64,000 nucleotides of DNA from Phoronis australis (taxonomy: Eukaryota; Animalia; Phoronida). Both the position numbers and the translations under genes were made by a program. Under the pieces are notes generated by a model. The model made no database searches. It was not told the origin of the DNA and was given only the letters and a program-made list of their open reading frames with translations. The stretch's first letter is position 1, and each line of letters begins with the position of its first letter. Location of the stretch: NCBI GenBank assembly GCA_002633005.1, contig NMRA01000042.1, positions 92,900 to 156,899 of the forward strand, in the 5' to 3' direction. Positions 1-11,800 of the stretch are shown one piece after another.

Positions 1-397
1 AGTGGGAGTGAATACAGGCCCAGTTCGACACCCAATGAAGAGGACAGTTCGACATCCAATGAACAGATCGGTGAGCCTAAGTTTGATAAATTTATTGTGG
101 ACTTGTATTGAAGCTATTTGGAAGGTGCCAGGTGTGTGACGAGGGAGTCACACGGCGGGATGTAAGCAGTTTGGGTGCTCAGATCCCCCTCAAGTGGGAG
201 TGTGTCGCGAGACACTCGCGCAAATGAGACAGTTCTCCCTCGATCTGTACGTGAGACGATAATGAGTACACCCCAGTACGCAGCAACAGCGTGGCATGTT
301 GACTGACTCGAAAGCAAAAGCAAACGACGACCGAACTTATCACAACCGAGGTAAAACAATGACTGACTCGACTGCTCTCACAGTCACACTACATGTA

Positions 398-572
398 TAT
401 GAAAATAAATTAGCGCGAAATTCTTGCCTCCCAAAACGTCACTTCCGGAGTAGAGGACGAGAAATTAATTAAATTTCGAAAAGCAGTAAATAAGTGAAAA
501 ATATGTCTGGGATAATCAACGAACCTTATTTTTGCTAAAAATGACATGAAAAAAGGTTGCTTTCGCCTTTAA
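398..572 (-). mobile_element. Terminus of a Kolobok-like DNA transposon (TTAA target); same family as 40251-40426
   Basis: Ends ...ggttgctttcgcct-ttaa; its reverse complement aligns by eye over ~170 bp with 40251 ttaa-aggcgaaggcaacc... Confidence 0.65.
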
Positions 573-2422
573 GTTTAATTTTGAACCTCGATTTCTTGTC
601 GATGCGTGAACGGATTGCTATGAAATTTCGAATACTTCTTATTTCACACCATCCAACAGGAACCGTATCTCAGTTACACGATTTACGCCCTAGTGTTTCG
701 GAACAAAGCCTTCAAAAATCAAGAGTACGACAGTTTTAACTCAAAATGCTCTAAGAAGTGGATAATTAAAAAACTAAGACCTTTTTCAAAACTCTGGGAC
801 ACGGTTCCCTCGAAAATGCCATAACAACATGTTTACAAGTCACCGATATGATTGGAAGATCAACATTTTAAAAATATCTGTTCAAAATAAAAAAATACTA
901 ATAAATGCATATCTCTTGAAAAAATAAAGGCAAGTACATAAGAATAATAAATTTTTGTTAAGTCATTTATTCAAAATTCAGAAAATAATATTTTGTAGGG
1001 GTTAAACTAATAGAATTTAAGATATTTGCACAGAAGTATTGTACAACCTGGTAAACAAGGTTCACTGTTACCATAATTTTTTGTGTTTGCATCTGTATCT
1101 TCGGAGTTCGTTCATGGATTTTTGTAAAAATATAGAGAATAGGTGACTTTACGGAAACGACGCCGCATTTCCGTCTTCTGGTGTATTTGATTTAATATGC
1201 GCCACCAAGTGGTCAAATTACTATCTTTGAGTGCGCCTGTCTATTGGCCAAACCGCAGTAAAAATAATTGCAGGGGGACTGACACAGGTTGCATAGACGC
1301 GCGCAGGCCATTGCATTGATCACCTGGGACCATTTTTACGTTTTATTAATGTATAGTTAAAACCGAGCTGAAGAGCTAAAGACTTGACGTTAGGGTCCAG
1401 CAGTGTGGCCCATTGGGATTTTAACACACGACATTGAGTACAGGAAGTGGAGACTTATTCCTTGGGTCACACTACCTCCTCTACATCAAGATTCATTAAG
1501 GAAAACGTTATACGGTGTATGTGTTCCTAACTGAAAGAGCACGACTGGCGATGATTTTGGACTGTTTCAATTACTGTTCCCCCAGTGGTATTTTTTACGT
1601 CCGCAGTTATTGCGAGACATTGATGAACACGAAGACCCTAACAACAATGTCCTGACCAGGGTCCTCAAAAGAGACATGCACTCATACTGAGTTGTTAAAC
1701 GTTCTCTTGAATTTTCACTCTTATCCGTATTTTGCTGCCTTTCTTTCCTCGTCTGTCCCCGACCCCAAACCTACATGTATGTCGGTTGCCACGGATTAAC
1801 CCTGTTGCCTGCATTTATTTGTGGGGACACTTGCCCCTCCGCCCCTCTCCCCGCTTCCTACGACCCTGGTGTTGATGATGTCTAGGAAATACGTTGCTAC
1901 CTGGTAAACGACAGCACCAGGGGCAGAGGCAGATATCCGGGGGTTAAGGGAGTTTAACCCCCCTGGGACAGGATCAAAAGTGAAAATAAAAAAATACCTC
2001 GCCAGGAAAACGAAATCAGCTACAAAAACCTAAAAATCTTAGACGCTCGGCGTTGCGCGCATTGGATTCACGCGAATCCTAAACCCCCTTACTGAAAACT
2101 TAGATCTGCGTAACTTTTGGGGAGAGCCATCCGCCAATAATTGCCGATTTATTTGGGCAAAGAGAGAAACTGCGGGCATTATAAAAGTTGCTGTCATTTT
2201 TCTTCAACATGAACGTTAGTCTGCTTAAATAAATGTAAGAGTTACCGTTTCACTCGAAGTGATGATCGAGAAGTTAACAGCCATCATCAAGAAGCAATAA
2301 AATGACGTAAAGTAAACAGGATTTATGACAAAATCTGATGACGTAGTACTCGGATGTATATGTAGATGTAAGCCGATTGCAGTATTGTAATCTTAATGAA
2401 AAAATAGCACTTCTTACCCCAG

Positions 2423-2657
2423 CATGGGCGCACCCAGGGGGGGGGGGGCTCAAACGAGCCCCCCAATTTGCCTTAGTGGAACATAAAGTCCGGGTAAACG
2501 AGACAAAGGTCCACAGGAATTTGGCCCGGATATACGATTGGTGGGCCTGAATTTAGTGGCCCTGTGTTTTTAGTCCTTGTTGATTTATTTCAGTAAAAGG
2601 TCCTCATACCGAAGAATTCGAGCCCCCTCCCTTATATTTTAGGCTGGGTGCCCAGTG
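2423..2657. mobile_element. GC-rich MITE (catgggcgcacccag...ctgggtgcccagtg)
   Basis: Short terminal inverted repeats and G-tracts. Similar G/C-tract mini-elements at ~1925-2110, ~7769-7816, 24631-24702, ~28550-28612 and 37158-37338. Confidence 0.5.
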
Positions 2658-3689
2658 CAAGAGAAGGAAACATTAATGCCCCTCACAAATTAGTGAATTT
2701 GTTTCATCGCCCACTGACCTGCTGACTTTTGGATAGATGTTAGCATCTAATTTGCTAAAATCGTTTTAAAGTCGGTAGGAAAGTTTTGACNTAGCATCTA
2801 ATTTGCTAAAATCGTTTTAAAGTCGGTAGGAAAGTTTTGACAAACGAACAAAAGATTTGACCTATTAGGTTTGTCACGAAACGTATCGCCAGTCAGCATT
2901 TGAGGACCTCCATTGCCATGCAACAATTGCTTCTCATGGCTCAACGATGAGCAATGAATGACTAAATAGCTTTGTCGTACTGGCAAAATAAAACACTTGG
3001 CTGATACCGTAATCGATATTTTTGAGCAGAAAGTAAAAATTAAAGCTTGGGGCAACAATTTTGCAGTGACATCATCAGCTAATTATATTCTTTGGTAATA
3101 AGAACCGGAATTTGCTCTCTGGTTGTGACGTCATTTTATAAGAAACTGATGCAACGTTGCGAGTCACGTAGTTAGTTTGTTTGAGTACATGCAAAACGAT
3201 ACTTTTGATCCCTACAGTAATTTGGGTTAAACAACTGTAGTCGAAAACATTGTTGAAATGATGAAATATCACTTTTGTTCAGGCACTTGAATTTTATGGT
3301 GAATGCTACAATTTGATGGACTTAAAATATGAGCACAGCACATTACATCCAGGTTCTCCTTCATTCCCTTACATACATTCACTGAATCCTGAGATAAGGC
3401 GAGTAGGATATACATGTACCTTTGTGAAATGCTCGATTCTGTTCCAGTAAAGCTAGGATTCGAAACAAGTCTCCCAAACGGGAGAGTGGAGCTCAAACTA
3501 CGGAGACACAAAGTCTCTTCTATGGATTTTAGAGAATTTGGCAGAGTTTTCTTACTTTGAAATGCGTTTCGACTCTTCTTACTCAGAGTTAATACTGTCG
3601 CTATGAAAGACTTTCATCGCGGCGGTCAAGACGGATTGTCGAATAAGTCAAGTTATTGGAAGTCTATCCGTTGACGTCGAGTGGGATTT

Positions 3690-6321
3690 CACATTTATGG
3701 ATAGTACACTTGTCAGATGATTTTAGACAAAATGAGCTTAATTGACGAAGCTAGAAGGAGAATAACTCTTATGTCTGAGAATTTTTCTTTTGATAACTTT
3801 GCTGATTATGGAAAATTTCTGCTTTTTAAAATGTTAAAAATAGAAATACGGTAAAAAAGAAGTAACAAAGAATTGCTCTGATGAACCTAAGAATGTTAAC
3901 CCATAGACATTTTGAAAAGCGAGAACAAGGTGTACATGTACCAAGAAAACGGTGGTTTTGCGAGCTGTGCTCGACTGGAAAAATAGAGTCAGAATGGCAT
4001 TTTTTCTTAACTGTTCTTTTCATGAAGACCACAGAGAAGTATATGACAGGTGTTTTTGTGATTATCTTGATGCGTTATATCTACATGACCAGAATGAGGA
4101 GTATGAAAAAAAGTTGGCAAGATAAGTGTTTTTGGCTTTTAAGATAATACAGCAAAACCTCTAAGTATCACGCATATATTGAATGTATACATGTACATGT
4201 ACCTGAATGCCATCAATGGGCCAGTGACCGAATGATGTAGGTATAAACTTTGTTGCAATGGTTTTATTGTCTATAATTAAGAATGCTAACTTTCCGTCTT
4301 ACAGAACCAAAACAAGGTACTACCCCCGTAAGCATGAACCACAATAACGGTATTTAAAGGTGTGATTTAAAGAAACATATTCGCTTTAAGGACCGAAAAA
4401 CGCATTTTAGGATTATCGATGTGTAGGGTAGACCTATTGACGTTATGCGCTACGGACAGGATGACAATTTAAGGAATTTTAAGTCTCAAGTTTCGTTGTT
4501 GGCATGACGTCAACTGCATTGTTCTACAGACGCAAGGCAAAGATACTATAAAATCTTTGCGCAAGGTGACCTGTGATGGAATGACAGCATTGTTATTTCG
4601 GTTTGAGTTAAGACTAAATTGTTTCATGAAACGAAGACTTAATATATGTCAACATTCTTCGTGCTATTTGTGGTGGAATTTCTTATTTAAGAAAGAAAAT
4701 AGGTCCTACGCTCCTACTTTATGATTGGTGAAAATGGGTTTAACCAAGTAATTATCTCAAGCTGTGTGTTCTATCTCAGACACTTACATGTAGCACTGTT
4801 GCCCAAGAAAGTTTTGATTATTTTCAAATGTTTTGTGCGGATCGTAAGACCAAATATCTGACCTGTTTTTCAACAGGAATTAATAGTCTTAAGTCGCTTT
4901 TCACGAAAGGCGTCCCAGAACTGGTCGCTCTCCGTCTGTGTTGGCATACAGTTTACTCGCTGCATTCCAGTGGGTCCAAGGAGCTGCATGTAATTACAGT
5001 AGACTGTAAAAACAACACAGTANCACATTTATGGATAGTACACTTGTCAGATGATTTTAGACAAAATGAGCTTAATTGACGAAGCTAGAATGAGAATAAC
5101 TCTTATGTCTGAGAATTTTTCTTTTGATAACTTTGCTGATTATGGAAAATTTCTGCTTTTTAAAATGTTAAAAATAAAAATACGGTAAAAAATAAGTAAC
5201 AAAGAATTGCTCTGATGAACCTAAGAATGTTAACCCATAGACATTTTGAAAAGCGAGAACAAGGTGTACATGTACCAAGAAAACGGTGGTTTTGCGAGCT
5301 GTGCTTGACTGGAAAAATAGAGTCAGAATGGCATTTTTTCTTAACTGTTCTTTTCATGAAGACCACAGAGAAGTATATGACAGGTGTTTTTGTGATTATC
5401 TTGATGCGTTATATCTACATGACCAGAATGAGGATTATGAAAAAACGTTGGCAAGATAAGTGTTTTTGGCTTTTAAGATAATACAGCAAAACCTCTAAGT
5501 ATCACGCATATATTGAATGTATACATGCACATGTACCTGAATGCCATCAATGGGCCAGTGACCGAATGATGCAGGTATAAACTTTGTTGCAATGGTTTTA
5601 TTGTCTATAATTAAGAATGCTAACTTTCCGTGTTACAGAACCAAAACAAGGTACTACCCCCGTAAGCATGAACCAAAATAACGGTATTTAAAGGTGTGAT
5701 TTAAAGAAACATATTCGCTTTAAGGACCGAAAAACGCATTTTGGGATTATCGATGTGTAGGGTAGACCTATTGACGTTATGCGCTACGGACAGGATGACA
5801 ATTTAAGGAATTTTAAGTCTCAAGTTTCGTTGTTGGCATGACGTCAACTGCATTGTTCTACAGACGCAAGGTGACCTGTGATGGAATGACAGCATTGTTA
5901 TTTCGGTTTGAGTTAAGACTAAATTGTTTCATGAAACGAAGACTTAATATATGTCAACATTCTTCGTGCTATTTGTGGTGGAATTTCTGATTTAAGAAAG
6001 AAAATAGGTCCTACGCTCCTACTTTATGATTGGTGAAAATGGGTTTAACCAAGTAATTATCTTAAGCTGTGTGTTCTATCTCAGACACTTAGCACTGTTG
6101 CCCAAGAATGTTTTGATTATTTTCAAATGTTTTGTGCGGATCGTAAGACCAAATATCTGACCTGTTTTTCAACAGGAATTAATAGTCTTAAGTCGCTTTT
6201 CACGAAAGGCGTCCCAGAACTGGTCGCTCTCCGTCTGTGTTGGCTTACAGTTTACTCGCTGCATTCCAGTGGGTCCAAGGAGCTGCATGTAATTACAGTA
6301 GACTGTAAAAACAACACAGTA
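3690..6321. repeat. Near-identical 1.3-kb duplicate (3690-5022 / 5024-6321), probably two haplotypes assembled in tandem
   Basis: Both copies end at cacagta-N (n at 5023 and 6322); they differ by scattered SNPs and two small indels. Confidence 0.85.
3860..4150 (+). pseudogene. Degenerate 3' end of a non-LTR retrotransposon ORF2 (C-terminal zinc finger); second copy ~5195-5481
   Basis: RKRWFCELCSTGKIESEWHFFL resembles the C.lC....iEdE.Hfll.C C-terminal motif of LINE ORF2; frameshifted. Confidence 0.55.
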
Positions 6322-6760
6322 NTTCATTGCTATTTGATCGGTCACATGTGCCTTTGCAATAAGTTGAGCAATACAACAAAATCAGGTTTGTCACAGCGGT
6401 GTATGTGACTTTCGTACCATTGTTCCATTGACGTCATGGCTTCAAAGTCCATTGGTTTTCGGCGGGAGATAATTGTCACCTGACAAAATGTGAAGCATCA
6501 TTGTACAAAATGCGACCACTGCTTCTGCGATATCATGTTGGCAAGAATACAACGGAAAAACTAATGATGTGCAGATATGACCATGGAAGAAACTACTAGA
6601 TCACAGACCAACTGATGAGTGGAAGGTCTCTGATACACTTCTAGATGTCTCACTCAATCTAATAGGGCTGTCGCAGATAAAACGGCGATAGAACTTCCCT
6701 TTGTCCCGAAGATAAGAAAGCGCGTGACCTCGCTTTGGAAATCAGGCACATTTTATTGTC

Positions 6761-6883
6761 TCACACTGATGTCGGGAAGGTGAAGAATTTCAGCACAAGC
6801 GACCACGGGTATTTGTCCAGTTTATCAAACGTTTTCACGTCGGAGTTGCAGCCCACAACACAACAGCAATACCTCGTTGGCAT
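6761..6883 (-). pseudogene. THAP zinc-finger N-terminal relic, probably transposon-derived
   Basis: MPTRYCCCVVGCNS...LKFFTFP matches the THAP start MP..C.V.GC.......FF.FP; a stop follows and no CS.HF motif was found. Confidence 0.5.
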
Positions 6884-7518
6884 TGGAAGGACGAATAGAG
6901 TAATGCAACAGAGGAAAACTTGCAAAAAACGGACAAAAACACACATGTGAAACTTCAGTAGCACGGAAACCGAGGCAGCAATTGTGCCTGACGGATGTTT
7001 ACGGCATTGTGAGTAAATACAGCGAGATTCGAGTGTTGCTGTTTAATCTGGGACAGCCCTAATGTTGACTGACTAGGTCACCTTCGCGACAAAGACCAAT
7101 TTAAACGAGTTGACTTACAAATCACCGTGATTTTATTGAAATATTCATGCGCAAGTTATAGCTTCCCATGAAGGACGCATAATATTAACGTTAACTAAGT
7201 GAAATATACGAACGACCTAAACTTTGAAAGAAGACCGCGTAGGGCCTCTGTAACTTCAGTGTAGATAATCATCCGACTAGTTGCGGTGTCAGTAAGAAAA
7301 TGTGATTGAAATCAAGAGTTGAATAAAGTCTGTTCCCTGGTTCTTTAGATATTGTGTTATCGAGGATCGAGACATTGCGTGTAACGTTCATGTACGAGGC
7401 ATAACTGTGGATATGCGTTGAACAGTTTTCTAAAAAAGCTAGACACGTACAGGCTTGGATTGAATACATCCAAAAGTAGAATCTGATACACATCATGCTA
7501 GAATGATTTGCAGTGACA

Positions 7519-7768
7519 NNNNNNNNNNNNNNNNNNNNNNNNNNNNNNNNNNNNNNNNNNNNNNNNNNNNNNNNNNNNNNNNNNNNNNNNNNNNNNNNNN
7601 NNNNNNNNNNNNNNNNNNNNNNNNNNNNNNNNNNNNNNNNNNNNNNNNNNNNNNNNNNNNNNNNNNNNNNNNNNNNNNNNNNNNNNNNNNNNNNNNNNNN
7701 NNNNNNNNNNNNNNNNNNNNNNNNNNNNNNNNNNNNNNNNNNNNNNNNNNNNNNNNNNNNNNNNNNNN
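7519..7768. other. Assembly gap (also 28475-28549; single n at 2791, 5023, 6322, 10660, 40438, 42556)
   Basis: N runs in the sequence. Confidence 0.99.
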
Positions 7769-7984
7769 GGGGGGGGGATTAAACCCCCTGAAACCCCCCC
7801 CTGTAGATCCGCCTCTGATTTGGTAGTTTAGTCGAACTTTTTTCCAGTAAAACAGGCGGGCGTTTTTGTCCAGACTTTGTCGGAGTTTAATGTGATATTA
7901 TTGCGCCTAACCTCCAATTTTCTATTTATGTACAATCTAATTGATTTGCTCAGTAAATTCTTACGATTTCTGTCGAAAGAGAAA

Positions 7985-8095
7985 GAAGTGTGGCCTAACG
8001 GGTTGAGCGGTTACCTTCGTGGGTTCGAGTACTATTGGACTGGACCTCATTGCTAGATTCTTGAATCAGATCTCAAGCTCTTCAGCTCGGTCTCA
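7985..8095 (+). mobile_element. tRNA-derived SINE head, degenerate
   Basis: A-box-like tggcctaacgg and B-box-like ggttcgagt. Confidence 0.35.
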
Positions 8096-8635
8096 GTTTG
8101 TATGCCTACTGTACAGTGTATTTGTTATATGTCAGCATTTATAAATACAATAGAGCCAAGCTTCTGCTACAATGGACACGTTTTAACGCCAGTTAAAAAT
8201 TTAACTGAAATGGATACAGAACATGTACTCGCAGCTTTGACCAATATCCACGTTGTCCAGCAGGCAAACTTGCTAAGCAGGGGAAAATGAAATATTGAAT
8301 ATTTTAAGTTTCAGTTGTTAATCTTATTCAGAGACGATGACGGTGGAAAATAGAAATCAGGACCTCTTCGCTCCTTGAAACAAAGACAAATTCAGTGCCA
8401 ATTCTCAAACATTACATACATGAATACGCATTTACATTATTGTAAATAACGTAGAAAATAAATCTGAAACTAAATAAGGCGATCCAGATCCTCCCAAGGA
8501 TACTATTGTTTCACGAAATGTAGAATATACAAATGTAAATAGGTAAATAAAACAACAAGAATGTAATAACGTCCTTTGTCTGTTGACAAAGGACGTTATT
8601 ACATCCGAAAATTTCAGTTGATCCATTCTTGTTGT

Positions 8636-8704
8636 TTTATTTGGATGGATCAACTGTAATTTTCGGGTGTAATAATTACATTATTAGATTCTTGTTGTTT
8701 TATT
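8636..8704 (-). terminator. Two AATAAA polyadenylation signals of the DSL-EGF gene
   Basis: TTTATT on + at ~8636 and ~8699, inside a short direct repeat (attcttgttgttttattt), 130-190 nt past the stop codon. Confidence 0.45.
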
Positions 8705-8831
8705 TACCTATTTATATTCTACATTATGGTAAGAAACGTTTACAATGTATAGCGAGTTGCATTGCACTTTTCGCCAGCACTACCCACAAACACGTCAGAA
8801 ACATTGATCACGTCATTTGTCGATGGACGTC

Positions 8832-11800
8832 TCACTGCATGCCAAAGGAATCTTGATCGATCTCGTCGTTGGTATAATAGCTGAACATCCGCCTGAAACG
8901 ATAAATGCTTTGCCTGAACAATTGGATTGTGTAGGTTGAGCGTGGATCACTACTATGACGTTCACTCATCAGTTGGTGCATTTCAGCACTTGAAGCGTTA
9001 TTCACTTCTGCTGAGAAAGGCAAAAATACTGTCGACTATGCCTGATTTCCAATGTTAATTTTTTGATATATCAGCCTCAGTATGCCTGTAGTATGTGCTT
9101 AGAAACAAAGTTGCTCACCATTTTCGAACATAATGGCGGACACCAACTACAACGACAACCAACAGTGCAATTCCTATTGGAATTACTATGGAGAACCAGT
9201 GCTTTTTCATCCAATTCTGAAATAAGATACTTGGAACTATACAATTGTGTTAGCAATAGTTAAAGCGGTATTTGCCTATCCATATGATATGGAATCGAGC
9301 CATCACTTGACGGTCCTTTCCACGAACTACTGTGTAACGATTTCCGTGTCGATGCAGTGAGATAAATCTCGCAATTTCTCAACTTGTGAGTCACCAATCG
9401 TCACATCGGGTGGAGAAAGGGGGTGACTGACTAACTTCGTAGGAAAATGAAATTTAAGCGTTTACTTGCAACATCAAGATGCATCTTCCAGAAGGGGTTC
9501 TGCTGTGAACAAGAAGCTCGATAAAGCATACCCTTTGCAAACGTGTATTTCAACGAGTCTAAGAAGACAACAATCGTAATCCGTACAAGAATCCGACGAA
9601 AATTCAGTGTCAGAATAAATATTGATTAAGTAATTAGTAAGAATAGATCCATTTTAAGTTGCCCAAAATTTGTGCATATGTACTTTTAAATCATGGAGTC
9701 AGACTTGTTGACATGTATTTTAACGTCAAAATCTATTTTTAGATGGTGTTTACAACTTTGGGTTCTGGGGTCAAAGTACTCTAGAGATTCTAGAATATTC
9801 TGAGAACAAATTGTAACAGCCAATAATGCGAGTGGATATGATCATGTGGTTTTTATTAGCCAATCACTAAAGAAGTAGAATGTTATATTATGGGCTGAAA
9901 TCAACAAGATAATTAGATGCGCTATAGTAGTTGAAGCATAAAGACTTGCTACGGTGTACAGAAGAAATTGTACGACAGAACCATCTCGTGGAAGATTCTA
10001 GAAAGGATCTTGGCAAGGGCAAGGGTTAACGAACAGGAAGTTAACTAAGAGCTTGTCATTTGCATTGTGGGTAGTAAGATACTACCTGAAGTGTTGCGTC
10101 GTCATCAGCCAGAGACTGTGATCAGCAAGAAGAATCGCGGGTAGAAGAAATTGCCTGCAAGTGTTGCATCACCAGAGACGGTGACCAGCAAGTACACTGT
10201 CGCTATACAGTGTGGGTACAGTAGTTCGAAGATTCACCAACAGGACAGACATCCAACAAGTGGAGAGTCCTAGCTTGGATAGCAGATAAGACATTTGATT
10301 GTTTTGGTTATTTGATTAAAGTAATATTTAAAGAGGGCGCTAGCGTAGTTACTCTTTGTAGTTGATTACTTCATTAACAATAGGTTTCATTTGTCTACTT
10401 AGGGGTTATCATATAATAAATTAATTACTGGATTTGATTATTGACTCACCATCTACGCACAATCTCAAAGCATAGCTACCTTTTAAACAAACCCACCGTC
10501 AATCATATGACATTCAAAAGACAGCATCGTGAACACAAGTCGGATCTACGGTCTCAACTTAGACAGAAATAAAGTCCATTTTTGACGTCGGTGAGCATAA
10601 ACTACGTTTTCTGCACCTGTTGCAAACTCACAAGACTAAGGGGAAAGGGGGGGGGGGGGNGGGGCAGTGTGTGAAATACGGTTTCAAGAATAATATTGGT
10701 CTTGAAACTCTAAATAGTGATCCATGCACAGTGTGGATAAAATTGGTTACTCGTTTCTTTGCAAAGACCTTCAATGGCCAATAGACACAGTCACTGCTAT
10801 GGCTGGAAAAATCATTTGAAATGTGCCGGTAAGTCCCACGGCATTGTCTCTACGGCCTTTAGCGGTTCTCGAATCGAAAGCGTGAGATCTTCAATTTGAA
10901 TTGTTTACATGTAGGTGTGAACAATATCGAAGAAATTTGTTCCTCAATAGATTACAGGGATAATAGTCCTTAATCATGGTCCGTAGCAGGCTAATTTTCG
11001 GTCTTGGCTCGGACGGTCTCTATTAAATTTGGTGCTAAGAAACCGAGCGAAGGCATTTTGGTCTTCAGTTAAACTTATTTTGGTCGACGTTAAGACAGAA
11101 AATTTTCCACTTGACGGACCCCTGGACGTGTAATTTGAAGCTCAGTTTATATACACGAGTTACGATTGAGGGCTTGAGATTAAACGGACCAAGTTAAAGA
11201 GGCACAGAACATGAAAAAGACAAGAATTCCATTATTCAAAGTAGTTCTCTGCCACTAAGACAGAAGTCAAACTGTTTGCCAGGAATGTTTACCCCTTGTT
11301 TGCAAATGTTTTTAAATTTTTTATGATGACAAAGCACTTTTCCTTAAGTTTCAAATTAAAGAAAACGATCTGTCGGCTGCTTTTCAATTCGTCGAATATT
11401 CTCCCACAAGGCAAAGCACGTCTCCTTATCTGGTATGGCAAGACATAGACGCAGCATATTACCCTTATATGGAAAGTTTTATTATTAAGCGGAGGAGAGA
11501 ATTTGAAAAATGTATTGGAATGAAAGAATTTATACTTCGCTTGTGTTTCAAAAATAATGAATCAGACAACTTTCCAGAAATTTTTGCAATACTGAAAGTG
11601 ACCAACTCTCGCGTTAGTATACCCAAGACGTAGATTTGCCACGATCTGTTTTAAAATTATTTTTAATAGTTTTCGCGTTTCATGCACCTTTGAAATTCAG
11701 AACATGTCGTTTCATGAAATAAAATTGGTCTGTGGCATTCGAGTTAAACTTAATCCGATATAAGTCGGTTTTCGCCATAGGTGAGCATAGTAACTACACT

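Noticed and set aside
2740-2841. 50-bp tandem duplication
   Set aside because: Exact overlap around a single n at 2791; a contig-join artefact.
3690-6321. True tandem gene duplication (paired 68/88/83-93-aa ORFs)
   Set aside because: Both copies end at n joins and the ORFs are LINE relic or non-coding; most likely uncollapsed haplotypes.
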